From contig NC_014833.1 in NCBI RefSeq assembly GCF_000179635.2, positions 2,430,001-2,462,000 of the forward strand: DNA of 32,000 bases, written 5' to 3'. The notes beneath the pieces are model-generated. The model ran no database searches. It had not been told where the DNA came from and worked only from the letters and a program-made list of their open reading frames with translations. Source of the DNA: Ruminococcus albus 7 = DSM 20455. GTDB taxonomy: Bacteria > Bacillota > Clostridia > Oscillospirales > Ruminococcaceae. Made by a program: the position numbers and the translations under genes. Positions 5,854 through 15,388 of the stretch are shown here, piece by piece (position 1 is the stretch's first letter; every line of letters starts with the position of its first letter).

Positions 5854-5984
5854 GCTGCATGAAATATTCAGTATGATCATTACACTGACAAACCGAATTA
5901 ATTGTTGTTACATCTGAATTTGAAATAGTAGGCGGTGTGGTAAAGGTATACCATACAATTCAATTATCAGGCCGAAGTTTTGAT

Positions 5985-7046
5985 TCACCTTTTGATATCA
6001 AGATCCATATCCATTAAGCTTCTGATAGTCCCTGCATCATCAGTGATATTAGCGTCACCGTGGATCGTATGCTTGATCACGCTGCTGGCAACTGCAAAAT
6101 TCACCATTTCCAAAGGTTCGTAATCATTCATCATAGCATAGATAAGTCCGCTTGCAAAAGCATCACCGCCGCCCACACGGTCAAGTATATTGAAGGTAAA
6201 CAGCTTACTCTCAAAGGTCTGACCTTTATACCACAGATATGCTTTTAAGCTGTTCTCACTGCCGCTGTGTACATAACGCACATGACGCGCGATGCACCTG
6301 AGCTTGGGATATCGTTCTGCAAATACCCTGAATATGCTGTCCTGCTGTTCAAGATCGGGCTGCATAGGTATGCCGTCTTTGAGATCACCTTTACTATGAT
6401 CATTAACATCTCGCCATAGATGATAAGGCTCTATACCAAGAAGTACATCCACATAGGGCAGGCATTCTGTGCAGAACTCTCTTGCTTCCTCCCAGTCCCA
6501 GAGAGTACTGCGGAAATTACCGTCAAAGCTTATTGTTAGTCCGAGTTCAGACGCAGCCTTCAGGCTGTCAGTAACAAGTCTGCGGCAGTTATGGGAAAGT
6601 GCGGGAGTAATACCGCTGAGGTGAAGCCATGTATAATCTTTCAAAAGAGAATACAGATCTACCCTGCTGTAATCATACTCCGAGAATGCGCTGTGCTTTC
6701 TGTCATAAGTAACCTTACTGGGACGGATTCCATAACCTGCTTCAAGATAGTAAGTACCCATACGGTCAGTAGGTGTATCTGCAGAAGTACTAAGTATCAT
6801 CGGGCTGCAGTGTACATCATTACTGCGAAGCATCCTTACGGCGCTTTTACCGATGCTGTTATTAGGTACAACACTGAAGAATGTGCTGTCGATGCCAAGA
6901 TTTGCAAGTGCCAGTGCTATATTTGCCTCACTTCCGCCGTAGCTTACATCAAAGCTTGTTGCAGTGCGTATCTTCTCATAATTCGGGGGAGTCAGCCTCA
7001 GCATGATCTCACCTATCGTAATGAATCTGTTTGCGTTATTCTCCAT
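5985..7046 (-). CDS. PfkB-family sugar kinase, divergent 2-dehydro-3-deoxygluconokinase-like paralogue
   Basis: The N-terminal ITIGEIMLRLTPP...YGGSEANIALALANLG parallels the kdgK at 14344-15375. The C-terminal DRVGGGDAFASGLIYAM is the PfkB signature. AAGGAG lies 7 nt before the ATG. Confidence 0.75.
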   Translation of the reverse strand: MENNANRFITIGEIMLRLTPPNYEKIRTATSFDVSYGGSEANIALALANLGIDSTFFSVVPNNSIGKSAVRMLRSNDVHCSPMILSTSADTPTDRMGTYYLEAGYGIRPSKVTYDRKHSAFSEYDYSRVDLYSLLKDYTWLHLSGITPALSHNCRRLVTDSLKAASELGLTISFDGNFRSTLWDWEEAREFCTECLPYVDVLLGIEPYHLWRDVNDHSKGDLKDGIPMQPDLEQQDSIFRVFAERYPKLRCIARHVRYVHSGSENSLKAYLWYKGQTFESKLFTFNILDRVGGGDAFASGLIYAMMNDYEPLEMVNFAVASSVIKHTIHGDANITDDAGTIRSLMDMDLDIKR

Positions 7047-7093
7047 ATCAAATCTCCTTGATAATCTTCATCAGCCATAAAAAACGATATGAG

Positions 7094-7123
7094 AAAGACT
7101 GTGCAGTTTTCCGCACAGTCTTT
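7094..7123 (-). terminator. Hairpin downstream of uxaC (weak terminator or intercistronic stabiliser)
   Basis: An 11-bp stem pairs AAAGACTGTGC (7094-7104) with GCACAGTCTTT (7113-7123). On the minus strand a T6 run begins only about 10 nt after the stem, so this is not a canonical intrinsic terminator. Confidence 0.35.
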
Positions 7124-7181
7124 CAGTTCAGAGGAATTTATCACGCAGCCGATCAATGTGTGACCTTATTTTTCGGCTGCA

Positions 7182-8579
7182 CTATTTGGTAAAATAAGCT
7201 ATCGCATTATTGTAGCAGATATCTTTTACAATCTCTCCTACAAAATCGATATCAGCAGGATACTCACCGTCTTCGATAAGAGTACCGAACATATTACAGA
7301 GTATACGTCTGAAATAATCATGACGGGTATACGAAAGGAAGCTTCTGCTGTCTGTAAGCATACCGATGAATTTCGATACAAGTCCAAGCTGTGAAAGCGC
7401 AGTAAGCTGCTTTTCCATACCGTCCTTCTGATCGTTGAACCACCATGCCGAACCAAACTGCATCTTACCAACAACGCCGCCCTGCTGGAAGCAGTTCATG
7501 ATAGTAGCAAGCACTTCATTATCACGGGGATTCAGACAGTACAGTATAGTCTTGGGAAGTTCATCTGTGCTGTCAAGTTCATCAAGCAGCAGAGAAAGCT
7601 TTTTAGCAAATGTCTGATCTTCTATGGCATCGAATCCTGTATCGGGGCCGAGTAGACTCATATACCTGCGGGAATTATTTCTCAGTGCTCCTATATGGTA
7701 CTGCTGTACCCAGCCGAGGCGTGAGTACTGCTTTCCAAGATGTACAAGTATATAACCCTTGTACTGCTCGATCTCATCGTATGTAAGATCATCACCGTTC
7801 AAAGCCTTTTTGAGTATCTTATCTACCTTTGCCTTATCAGCAGGCTTGTACATTACTACATCAAGTGCATGATCGGAGCATACACAACCTGCTTTATCGA
7901 AGAATTCGATACGGTTTGTAAGAGCCTTGCAAAGTGAATCTATATCGTCTATCCTTACATCTGCAGCATCTGCAAGCTTTGCTATATAAGGAACGAAAGT
8001 AGGAAGCTCGATATTTATAGCCTTATCGGGTCTGAAAGCAGGATATACTTCAACATCGAAAGAATCATCCTCAGCCAGCAGTTTGTGGAAATGAAGATCA
8101 TCAATGGGATCATCGGTGGTAAACAACTTTTTAACACCGCTCATAGATATCATTTTTCTTGCAGTGAGTGTAGTGAGCTTTTCGTTGCACTTATCGAATA
8201 TATCCTTAGCTGTTTTAGGCGAAAGGATGTCCTCGATATCAAAGTAACGTCTGAGTTCCATATGAGTCCAGTGGAAAATAGGATTTCCGATAGCATAAGG
8301 CATCACTTCCGCGTATTTCATGAACTTATCAAGATCGCTTTTATCACCTGTGATGTAGCTCTCGTCAACACCCATCTCTCGCATCAGGCGCCATTTGTAA
8401 TGGTCACCGCCAAGCCAGCATTCAGTGATGGAAGAAAACTTCTTATCATTGTATATCTCCTCAACGCTGAGATGACAATGGAAATCAAATATCGGCATAT
8501 CCTTTGCGTAATTCTCGTAAAGGGTAATGGCTGTTGGATTCTTCAGTACAAAATCCTTATCCATAAAACTTTTCATCAT
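7182..8579 (-). CDS. uxaC: Glucuronate/galacturonate isomerase UxaC
   Basis: Length is 465 aa, colinear by eye with E. coli UxaC. Matching segments: PIFDFHCHL, GDHYKWR, NPIFHWTHMELRR, WVQQYHIGALRNN, ILYCLNPRDNEV, MQFGSAWWFNDQKDGM and MLTDSRSFLSYTRHDYFRRILC. It ends in TAG (7182-7184). The start may be the second ATG, at 8576. Confidence 0.92.
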   Translation of the reverse strand: MMKSFMDKDFVLKNPTAITLYENYAKDMPIFDFHCHLSVEEIYNDKKFSSITECWLGGDHYKWRLMREMGVDESYITGDKSDLDKFMKYAEVMPYAIGNPIFHWTHMELRRYFDIEDILSPKTAKDIFDKCNEKLTTLTARKMISMSGVKKLFTTDDPIDDLHFHKLLAEDDSFDVEVYPAFRPDKAINIELPTFVPYIAKLADAADVRIDDIDSLCKALTNRIEFFDKAGCVCSDHALDVVMYKPADKAKVDKILKKALNGDDLTYDEIEQYKGYILVHLGKQYSRLGWVQQYHIGALRNNSRRYMSLLGPDTGFDAIEDQTFAKKLSLLLDELDSTDELPKTILYCLNPRDNEVLATIMNCFQQGGVVGKMQFGSAWWFNDQKDGMEKQLTALSQLGLVSKFIGMLTDSRSFLSYTRHDYFRRILCNMFGTLIEDGEYPADIDFVGEIVKDICYNNAIAYFTK

Positions 8580-8591
8580 TATACTCCTTTT

Positions 8592-10070
8592 TTACAGGGT
8601 AACACCTGTTTTGAATATTGCAATATCTCGGGAATCGTATATTTCATTTACGGTCTTCTGACCTCCTGCAACAGCTGCAACAAGATCAACAAGTGAATCA
8701 AGCTTGCTTTCAAAGCTTTCGCCCTGAGCTATCGTTCCCGCATCAAAGTCTATCCAGTTTTTCTTACGCTGAGAAAGCTCTGTATTGGTAGATATTTTCA
8801 CAGTAGGTACAAAACCGCCGAAGGGAGTACCCCTGCCTGTTGTAAACAGCACAAGCTGACACCCTGCGCAGGCAAGATCAGTAACAGCTACCATATCATT
8901 TCCGGGGCCATTCAGCAGATTGAGTCCGTGTTCAACAACACAGTTTCCTTCCATCAGAACGTCACACACTTCACCGGTACCAGATTTCTGAGTACAGCCG
9001 AGAGATTTATCCTCAAGAGTGGTTATACCACCTGCTTTATTGCCCGGTGAAGGATTTTCATATACAGGCTGATCATGTCTTTTATAGTACTCCTTGAATC
9101 CGTTTACCAGATGAACGACCTTCTCAAAGGTCTCAGCATCCTTTGCGCGGTTCATAAGGAGGTGTTCAGCACCGAACATCTCAGGCACCTCAGTAAGTAC
9201 TGTAGTACCTCCGACCTCAGCCATATAATCTGAGAATCGTCCGACCAGCGGATTTGCAGTTATACCGGAAAGACCGTCTGAGCCGCCGCATTTAAGACCT
9301 ACTTTAAGGCATGAGATATCCTTTGGCTCGCGCTTATCATTTTTAGCTGCTTCATATAATTCTTCGAGAAGCTGTACACCTGCTTCTACCTCGTCAGGAA
9401 CATCCTGGGCGATCAGGAAACGTGTACGGCTCTCATCATATTCACCGAGGGTATCTTTGAAAACATCCATGCGGTTGTTCTCGCAGCCAAGACCAAGAAC
9501 AAGAGCACCTCCGCAATTAGGGTGCTTTACCATTCTCTGCAGAAGCAGCCTGGTCCTTTCATGATCCTCACCGATCTGTGAACAGCCATAAGGGTGTGTG
9601 AAAGCATGACAACCGTCAACACCTGAAAGTTCAGGATGCTTTTCACAGAACACCTTGACTATACGCCTAGCCTGAGAATTAACACATCCGACTGTGGGTA
9701 TTACCCAAAGTTCGTTGCGTATACCTGCATCTCCGTTCTTACGTACATATACATTCACATTTCGGCTGACCGCCTTTGGAAGTTCCGGCTTTGCAACTTT
9801 GTTAAAAGTATACTCCAGTGTTCCGTCAAGACAGGTATGCATATTGTGGGTATGAACATGGCTGCCTGCATTTATCTGCTGCGAAGCTGCGCCGATGACC
9901 TCACCATATTTGATGACCTGCTCACCCTCAGCTATGTTTCTTAGGGCAAATTTATGTCCCTTTTCGATATCCTCGCAAAGGACAACATTTTCAGCTGTTT
10001 CTCCTTTTGCAAGTTTTGTCAGCGCAACGCCGACATTATCCAGGGGATTGATAATGATAGTCTTTCTCAT
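8592..10070 (-). CDS. uxaA: Altronate dehydratase UxaA
   Basis: Length is 492 aa. Motifs shared with E. coli UxaA: GHKFAL, VIKYG, RNELWVIPTVGCVN, CGGSDGLSGITANP, TVLTEVPEMFGAE, YENPSPGNKAGGITTLEDKSLGCTQK and TGRGTPFGGFVPTVKI. It overlaps uxaB by 4 nt. Confidence 0.92.
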   Translation of the reverse strand: MRKTIIINPLDNVGVALTKLAKGETAENVVLCEDIEKGHKFALRNIAEGEQVIKYGEVIGAASQQINAGSHVHTHNMHTCLDGTLEYTFNKVAKPELPKAVSRNVNVYVRKNGDAGIRNELWVIPTVGCVNSQARRIVKVFCEKHPELSGVDGCHAFTHPYGCSQIGEDHERTRLLLQRMVKHPNCGGALVLGLGCENNRMDVFKDTLGEYDESRTRFLIAQDVPDEVEAGVQLLEELYEAAKNDKREPKDISCLKVGLKCGGSDGLSGITANPLVGRFSDYMAEVGGTTVLTEVPEMFGAEHLLMNRAKDAETFEKVVHLVNGFKEYYKRHDQPVYENPSPGNKAGGITTLEDKSLGCTQKSGTGEVCDVLMEGNCVVEHGLNLLNGPGNDMVAVTDLACAGCQLVLFTTGRGTPFGGFVPTVKISTNTELSQRKKNWIDFDAGTIAQGESFESKLDSLVDLVAAVAGGQKTVNEIYDSRDIAIFKTGVTL

Positions 10071-11509
10071 ATCTCATCACCAAGAAAAGCTTTAAGTGCA
10101 GTTCTCATACCATTTTCTGTTATAGCTTTGATATGACCTGCTACCTGACGGACATTGTCATCAGTACACAGATCGCAGCCCCATATATCCGAAGCTGAAA
10201 GAGCCTTTCTTGCAATATCCTCACAGTCTGAAAGCTGCCAAAGCTCATTCCAGAAGCGCAGATACTTTTCATCATCCTTCAGAGCTATAACTTCTTCACC
10301 TCTCCTGCCTCTGTAAAATACTGTAAGTGCAGCAAATGCGAACAGGATATGTTTTGGAGCACTGCCAAAACGTTCGAGATGATACTTGTAAGTGGGGAGA
10401 AGTCTTGTAACGAACTTGGTAGTTGAATTAAGTGCTATGGACATAAGCTCATGACGAATGAAAGGATTCATGAAACGGTCAAATACGCTGTTTGCAAAAG
10501 CATCCATCTCATTAGCGGGAAGATCTATAGTAGGCTTGATCTCATCGTTAACAAGTTCTCTTATGAATCTGCCCACATCCTCATCTTCAACAGCCTCACG
10601 TACTGTGTCGATCCCGCAAAGATATGCAACGGGTACCATAGCGGTATGAGAACCGTTAAGTATCTTTACCTTGCGCTGCTTATAAGGAGTTATATCATCT
10701 GCATAGATAACGTTGAGCCCTGCCTTGTCAGCGGGGAGTTTTTCCTGTACAAAAGGTTCTTTCTGAAGTACCCACAGGTGAAAAACTTCGCCCTTGACGA
10801 TATTGACATCATGGAACCCTGTTTCATTACAGATAGCCTCTGCATTATCCTTCGGATAACCAGGAACGATCCTGTCAACAAGAGTATTGGTAAAATGGTT
10901 TGCTGATGTGATCCAGTCAATGAATGCCTCATCCATACCGTTGATGCGAGCAAGCTCAATAAGAATACGCTTCAGTTCATCACCGTTATGGTCGATAAGC
11001 TCACAGGGAACTATTGCAAGACCCTTGTTTTTATCACCGTTAAAATGGTCATATCTTGCTTTCAGGAAAGCCAGCATCTTACCGGGGAAGCTTTTAGGGC
11101 ATACTGAGAAATCAGTATCCGTTTTATCAAGAGCGATACCAGCTTCTGTTGTATTTGATATAATTGTTTCAAGATCCTCATTCTCAGCCAGTTCAAGAAA
11201 CTTTGCATACTGAGTATATGGATCACAAACATCACTCACTACATCTATGATCTCACGTTTCTGAACGCTCTTGCCGTCATCGATGCCTTCAAGACAAAGT
11301 GTGTAGAGTCCATCCTGAGAAGCTATCTCATTTATCCTCCCTGTGGGAGTAGGCTGTACTATGACTACACCTGCATCGGTAAGACCCTTATTATTCATCT
11401 GCTGGATTATCCAGTCAACAAAAGCCCTTAAAAAGTTACCCTCACCGAACTGAAGTATCCTTACCTTTTTCTTCGGTACGGTGTGATTTGTTCTGTTTAG
11501 TTCTTTCAT
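10067..11509 (-). CDS. uxaB: Tagaturonate reductase (altronate oxidoreductase) UxaB
   Basis: Length is 480 aa, in the long-chain mannitol dehydrogenase family. ILQFGEGNFLRAFVDW, SNTTEAGI, IVPCELIDHNGDEL, TLVDRIVPGYP and ILNGSHTA all match E. coli UxaB. Confidence 0.88.
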   Translation of the reverse strand: MKELNRTNHTVPKKKVRILQFGEGNFLRAFVDWIIQQMNNKGLTDAGVVIVQPTPTGRINEIASQDGLYTLCLEGIDDGKSVQKREIIDVVSDVCDPYTQYAKFLELAENEDLETIISNTTEAGIALDKTDTDFSVCPKSFPGKMLAFLKARYDHFNGDKNKGLAIVPCELIDHNGDELKRILIELARINGMDEAFIDWITSANHFTNTLVDRIVPGYPKDNAEAICNETGFHDVNIVKGEVFHLWVLQKEPFVQEKLPADKAGLNVIYADDITPYKQRKVKILNGSHTAMVPVAYLCGIDTVREAVEDEDVGRFIRELVNDEIKPTIDLPANEMDAFANSVFDRFMNPFIRHELMSIALNSTTKFVTRLLPTYKYHLERFGSAPKHILFAFAALTVFYRGRRGEEVIALKDDEKYLRFWNELWQLSDCEDIARKALSASDIWGCDLCTDDNVRQVAGHIKAITENGMRTALKAFLGDEI

Positions 11510-11522
11510 AATAGCGACCGCC

Positions 11523-12626
11523 TCATTTATTTCTCAGTTTTATGCGTTTCTCGGTCTGCTTGTCGAACAGATAAACGCTCTCATAGGGCAGATAAAAATC
11601 AAATCCCTCTCCGCTTTCAGGAGATACATGTGGATCTACTTTAAGTATGCTGTTGCCGTTGTAGATATCCACATACACATTTGTATTATCTCCAAGCAGT
11701 TCCACCAGTTCAACTACTGATGTCATATGATAACAATTTTCCGGTACATTTCTCTCTGCAAGCTTAACAGCTTCAGGACGGAAACCTAATACAACTTCCC
11801 TGCCCTCTAAACTTTCAAGTATATCCTTATCGACACATTTTTCAAGGTCGATAGTATTATTCTGCAAAGGAAGCTTTCCGTTTTCCACCCTGCTCTCAAT
11901 AAAGTTCATGGGAGGCTCACCTATGAAGCCTGCAACGAACATATTTACAGGAGAAAAATACAGTTCATACGGAGTGCCTACCTGCTGGATATAGCCGTTT
12001 TTCATAACTACTATCCTGTCAGCCATAGTCATGGCTTCAGTCTGGTCATGGGTAACATATATGGTAGTAGCACCTGTCTGGCGATGTATCTGAGTTATCT
12101 CGGAACGCATTGTAACACGCTGCTTTGCATCAAGATTGGAAAGCGGCTCATCCATAAGGAAAATATCGACCTTACGGATTATCGCACGTCCGACTGCAAC
12201 TCTCTGTCGCTGACCGCCTGAGAGCTCACGAGGAAGTCTATCCAGATAATCGGACAGTCCGAGAATATCTGCCGTAGATCTGACCTTTTCATCTATAACG
12301 TCATCATCAACGCCCTGTAGCATCAGACCGAATGCCAGATTATCGTATACTGTCATATGAGGGTAGAGAGCGTAGCTCTGGAACACCATAGCAACTCCGC
12401 GATCACGCGGACCCATTTCATTAGCCCTCTCACCGTCTATGAGAAAATCGCCCTTACTGATATTCTCAAGACCTGCGATCATACGCAGTGTAGTGGACTT
12501 TCCGCATCCTGACGAGCCTACAAAAACTATGAACTCGCCTTTATTTATCTCAAGATTAAAATCATGAACGGCATGAAATCCGTTCGGATAGATCTTATTG
12601 ATCCCTCGCAATGTTAAATATGCCAT
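11523..12626 (-). CDS. ABC transporter ATP-binding protein, MalK/MsmX/UgpC type (copy 1)
   Basis: Walker A is GSSGCGKST, the signature is LSGGQRQR, Walker B is IFLMDEPLSNLD and the H-loop is YVTHDQ. A C-terminal regulatory/TOBE-like domain is present. ATG at 12626 (MAYLTL) is preferred over the track GTG at 12638, but RBS spacing is ambiguous for both. Confidence 0.9.
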   Translation of the reverse strand: MAYLTLRGINKIYPNGFHAVHDFNLEINKGEFIVFVGSSGCGKSTTLRMIAGLENISKGDFLIDGERANEMGPRDRGVAMVFQSYALYPHMTVYDNLAFGLMLQGVDDDVIDEKVRSTADILGLSDYLDRLPRELSGGQRQRVAVGRAIIRKVDIFLMDEPLSNLDAKQRVTMRSEITQIHRQTGATTIYVTHDQTEAMTMADRIVVMKNGYIQQVGTPYELYFSPVNMFVAGFIGEPPMNFIESRVENGKLPLQNNTIDLEKCVDKDILESLEGREVVLGFRPEAVKLAERNVPENCYHMTSVVELVELLGDNTNVYVDIYNGNSILKVDPHVSPESGEGFDFYLPYESVYLFDKQTEKRIKLRNK

Positions 12627-12658
12627 ATCTAATCCCACGCCTTTCGATCGGTATCAGG

Positions 12659-13495
12659 TCATTTCAGGTCAAGATTGCTGATGTTGTCCATATCATCATA
12701 TGTCTGGTTCTCACCGCACATACCCCAGATGAATGTATAATTACTTGTAGCTGTACCGCTGTGAATTGACCAGCTGGGGCTGATGACTGCCTGCTCATTA
12801 TGCATGATGATATGACGTGTTTCTTGGGGCTGACCCATCATGTGGAATACCACGTTATCATCTTCAAGCTCAAAATAGAAATATACTTCCATTCTTCTCT
12901 CATGAGTATGAGAAGGCATAGTATTCCATGAGCTTGTCTTATCCAGCTCTGTCATACCCATTGAAAGCTGGCAGGACTTGCATACAGCAGGATGGATATA
13001 CTGATTTACTACTCGCTTATTCAGGTTTTCGGGAGAGCCGAGAGGTATATGATTAGCCTTTTCCTTGGTGATATATACCGTAGGATAAGTCTGATGTGCA
13101 GGACTTGAATTGATATAGAATTTTGCAGGCTTTTCAGCATCATCAGAAGTGAAGGATATTTCCTTAGTACCCATACCGATATAAAGACCGTCCTTGTAGT
13201 CAAGAACATATTCCTTACCGTCAAGTGTAACTGTACCCTTACCGCCAACATTGATGATACCCATCTCACGTCTTTCGAGGAAATAATCTGTTCCAAGTTC
13301 CTTTGTGCTGCCGAGTGCGAGCGCTCCGTTCACAGGCATAGCACCGCCTGCGATCATTCTATCCTGATGCGAATAAGTAAGGGATATCTCATCTGCTATG
13401 AATATATCCTCGATCAGATAATTACTGCGCAGCTCATTAGTATCATAGTGCTTAGAATCATCTGGGTGATTGCTGTATCTTATATCAAGTTTCAT
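12659..13495 (-). CDS. kduI: 5-dehydro-4-deoxy-D-glucuronate isomerase KduI
   Basis: Length is about 278 aa with a cupin fold. The N-terminus reads MKLDIRYSNHPDDSKHYDTNELRSNYLIEDIF, and the metal-site region reads MPSHTHERRMEVYFYF, typical of KduI. AGGAGA lies 9 nt before ATG 13495. Confidence 0.88.
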   Translation of the reverse strand: MKLDIRYSNHPDDSKHYDTNELRSNYLIEDIFIADEISLTYSHQDRMIAGGAMPVNGALALGSTKELGTDYFLERREMGIINVGGKGTVTLDGKEYVLDYKDGLYIGMGTKEISFTSDDAEKPAKFYINSSPAHQTYPTVYITKEKANHIPLGSPENLNKRVVNQYIHPAVCKSCQLSMGMTELDKTSSWNTMPSHTHERRMEVYFYFELEDDNVVFHMMGQPQETRHIIMHNEQAVISPSWSIHSGTATSNYTFIWGMCGENQTYDDMDNISNLDLK

Positions 13496-13513
13496 AACCT
13501 TCACTCTCCTAAT

Positions 13514-14347
13514 TTAAATTCTATCTTTCAGATGTTTTACTGCAAACGGGATATCATCACCCGTTGTACCTTCAAGAACAAGTTCAGCATCAGGAACTAC
13601 TTTTCTTATCTCTGAAATGATACGGTCATAATCAAATATGCCATTGCCGACTCCGCACTGTCTGAGCGTACCGTCAGCAATAACACAGTCTTTTATGTGG
13701 AAAACACATATCCTGTCGCCAAAGGTCTGTAAGCCTTCATCAAGGATATCATACATCCTGTCAATATTAGAAATATCCAAGTAATTGTACAGATCAAAAA
13801 TTATCCTTATGTTTGGGCTGCCTATGGCTTTAATGACTTTGTCAAGGGTACTTACATCATAGCATACATGACCGAAGGCACCCTCCATGCCCACATTAAC
13901 ACCAAGCTCACCGGCATACGAACATAATTCACCAAAAGCTTCTATAACTCTACGACAAGCCTTGTCGGTACGGTTATCAGGATGATATGTCCATTTATCA
14001 CCATTATATGAGCCGGTCTCGGAACCCACGATATCACAGCCTAAGCTTTTAGCAAGCCTGAGATGATCCTTGAAGACATCCATACCGTTTTGTATCTTGC
14101 TCACATCAGGGTGAACAGGATTGAAGTAGGCTCCGATAAGCGGGATATTCTTTCCCGCTGTACGGAAGACATCATTCAGCTGCTGTGCACGCTCAGGTGA
14201 CATGGAAGCAGGAGTATAGCTTACATCTTCAAGGCACTTATACGTAACAAGCTGTACGCCGTCAAGACCAAGCTCATCAAGCCTTGAAACTATATTCTGC
14301 TCACCTTTTACACCTAAGTCATGAGCGCGGATATTAAGCTTCATCAT
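13514..14347 (-). CDS. Xylose-isomerase-like TIM-barrel protein (sugar phosphate isomerase/epimerase family)
   Basis: Length is 277 aa. The family-typical pattern is LGLDGVQLV, GSETG, VGMEGAFGHV, IIFDLYNY and VFHIKD. It overlaps kdgK by 4 nt (ATGA). The substrate is unknown. Confidence 0.6.
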   Translation of the reverse strand: MMKLNIRAHDLGVKGEQNIVSRLDELGLDGVQLVTYKCLEDVSYTPASMSPERAQQLNDVFRTAGKNIPLIGAYFNPVHPDVSKIQNGMDVFKDHLRLAKSLGCDIVGSETGSYNGDKWTYHPDNRTDKACRRVIEAFGELCSYAGELGVNVGMEGAFGHVCYDVSTLDKVIKAIGSPNIRIIFDLYNYLDISNIDRMYDILDEGLQTFGDRICVFHIKDCVIADGTLRQCGVGNGIFDYDRIISEIRKVVPDAELVLEGTTGDDIPFAVKHLKDRI

Positions 14348-15375
14348 CTCTGAACTCTGCCGGAAGCGTCACCGCCCATGAGGCTCTCTACCTCAGCACG
14401 GGTAACAAGATTGAAGTCACCGGGGATAGTGTGCTTCAGTGCAGAAGCTGCAACTGCAAATTCAAGTGCAGACTTGAAATTCCTGCCGTCATTCAGTCCG
14501 CAGATAAGTCCGCCTGCGAAGGAATCTCCGCCGCCCACACGGTCAACGATGGGCTTGATATGGTACTTTCTGGAATGATAGAATTCTCTGGTGCTTCCGT
14601 CCATTATGCAGGCAGACCAGTCATTATCAGATGCAGAATGGCTCTCGCGGAGAGAAGATATAACGTACTTGAAACCAAACTTGTCTATCATACGATTGAA
14701 TATATCAACGTAACCGGCAAGCTCAAGCTCGCCCTTAGTAACATCGGTTTCACCCGGTTTGAAGCCAAGGACCTTTTCAGCGTCCTCCTCGTTGCCGATA
14801 CATACATCTACGTACTGCATGAGGTTTGTCATGACCTTCTGAGCTTTTTCGGAGGTCCAGAGCTTCTTACGGAAGTTGAGGTCTACAGATACAGTAACAC
14901 CATGCTTCTTTGCTGCTTTAAGTGCTTCCTCTGTAACTTCTGCTGCAAGATCAGATATAGCAGGAGTAATACCTGTGAAATGGAACCAGTCAGCATCAGC
15001 AAATATCTTATCAAAATCAAAATTAGAAGCTGTAGCTGTTGCTATGGAAGAATGAGCTCTGTCATATACAACATTTGAAGCTCTCATAGATGCACCTGTC
15101 TCCAGGAAATAGATACCCAGTCTTTCACCGCACTTAGCTATATTATCGGTCTTTACACCGTACTTTCTAAGTGCTGCCACAGCGCACGCACCAATAGGGT
15201 TATCGGGAACTGCAGTTATAAACTCTGCATCGTGGCCATAATTTGCCAGTGATACAGCAACGTTTGCCTCACCGCCGCCGTAGTTTACATCAAATTCATC
15301 AGCCTGAATAAATTTTTCGTTATTTGAGGTGGAAAGCCTGAGCATTATCTCACCCATAGTTACTATCTTAGCCAT
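14344..15375 (-). CDS. kdgK: 2-dehydro-3-deoxygluconokinase KdgK
   Basis: Length is 343 aa. The N-terminal MAKIVTMGEIMLRLST...YGGGEANVAVSLANYG and the C-terminal DRVGGGDSFAGGLICGL are PfkB signatures. AAGGAG lies 9 nt upstream of the start. Confidence 0.85.
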   Translation of the reverse strand: MAKIVTMGEIMLRLSTSNNEKFIQADEFDVNYGGGEANVAVSLANYGHDAEFITAVPDNPIGACAVAALRKYGVKTDNIAKCGERLGIYFLETGASMRASNVVYDRAHSSIATATASNFDFDKIFADADWFHFTGITPAISDLAAEVTEEALKAAKKHGVTVSVDLNFRKKLWTSEKAQKVMTNLMQYVDVCIGNEEDAEKVLGFKPGETDVTKGELELAGYVDIFNRMIDKFGFKYVISSLRESHSASDNDWSACIMDGSTREFYHSRKYHIKPIVDRVGGGDSFAGGLICGLNDGRNFKSALEFAVAASALKHTIPGDFNLVTRAEVESLMGGDASGRVQR

Positions 15376-15388
15376 TACTCATCGCTCC

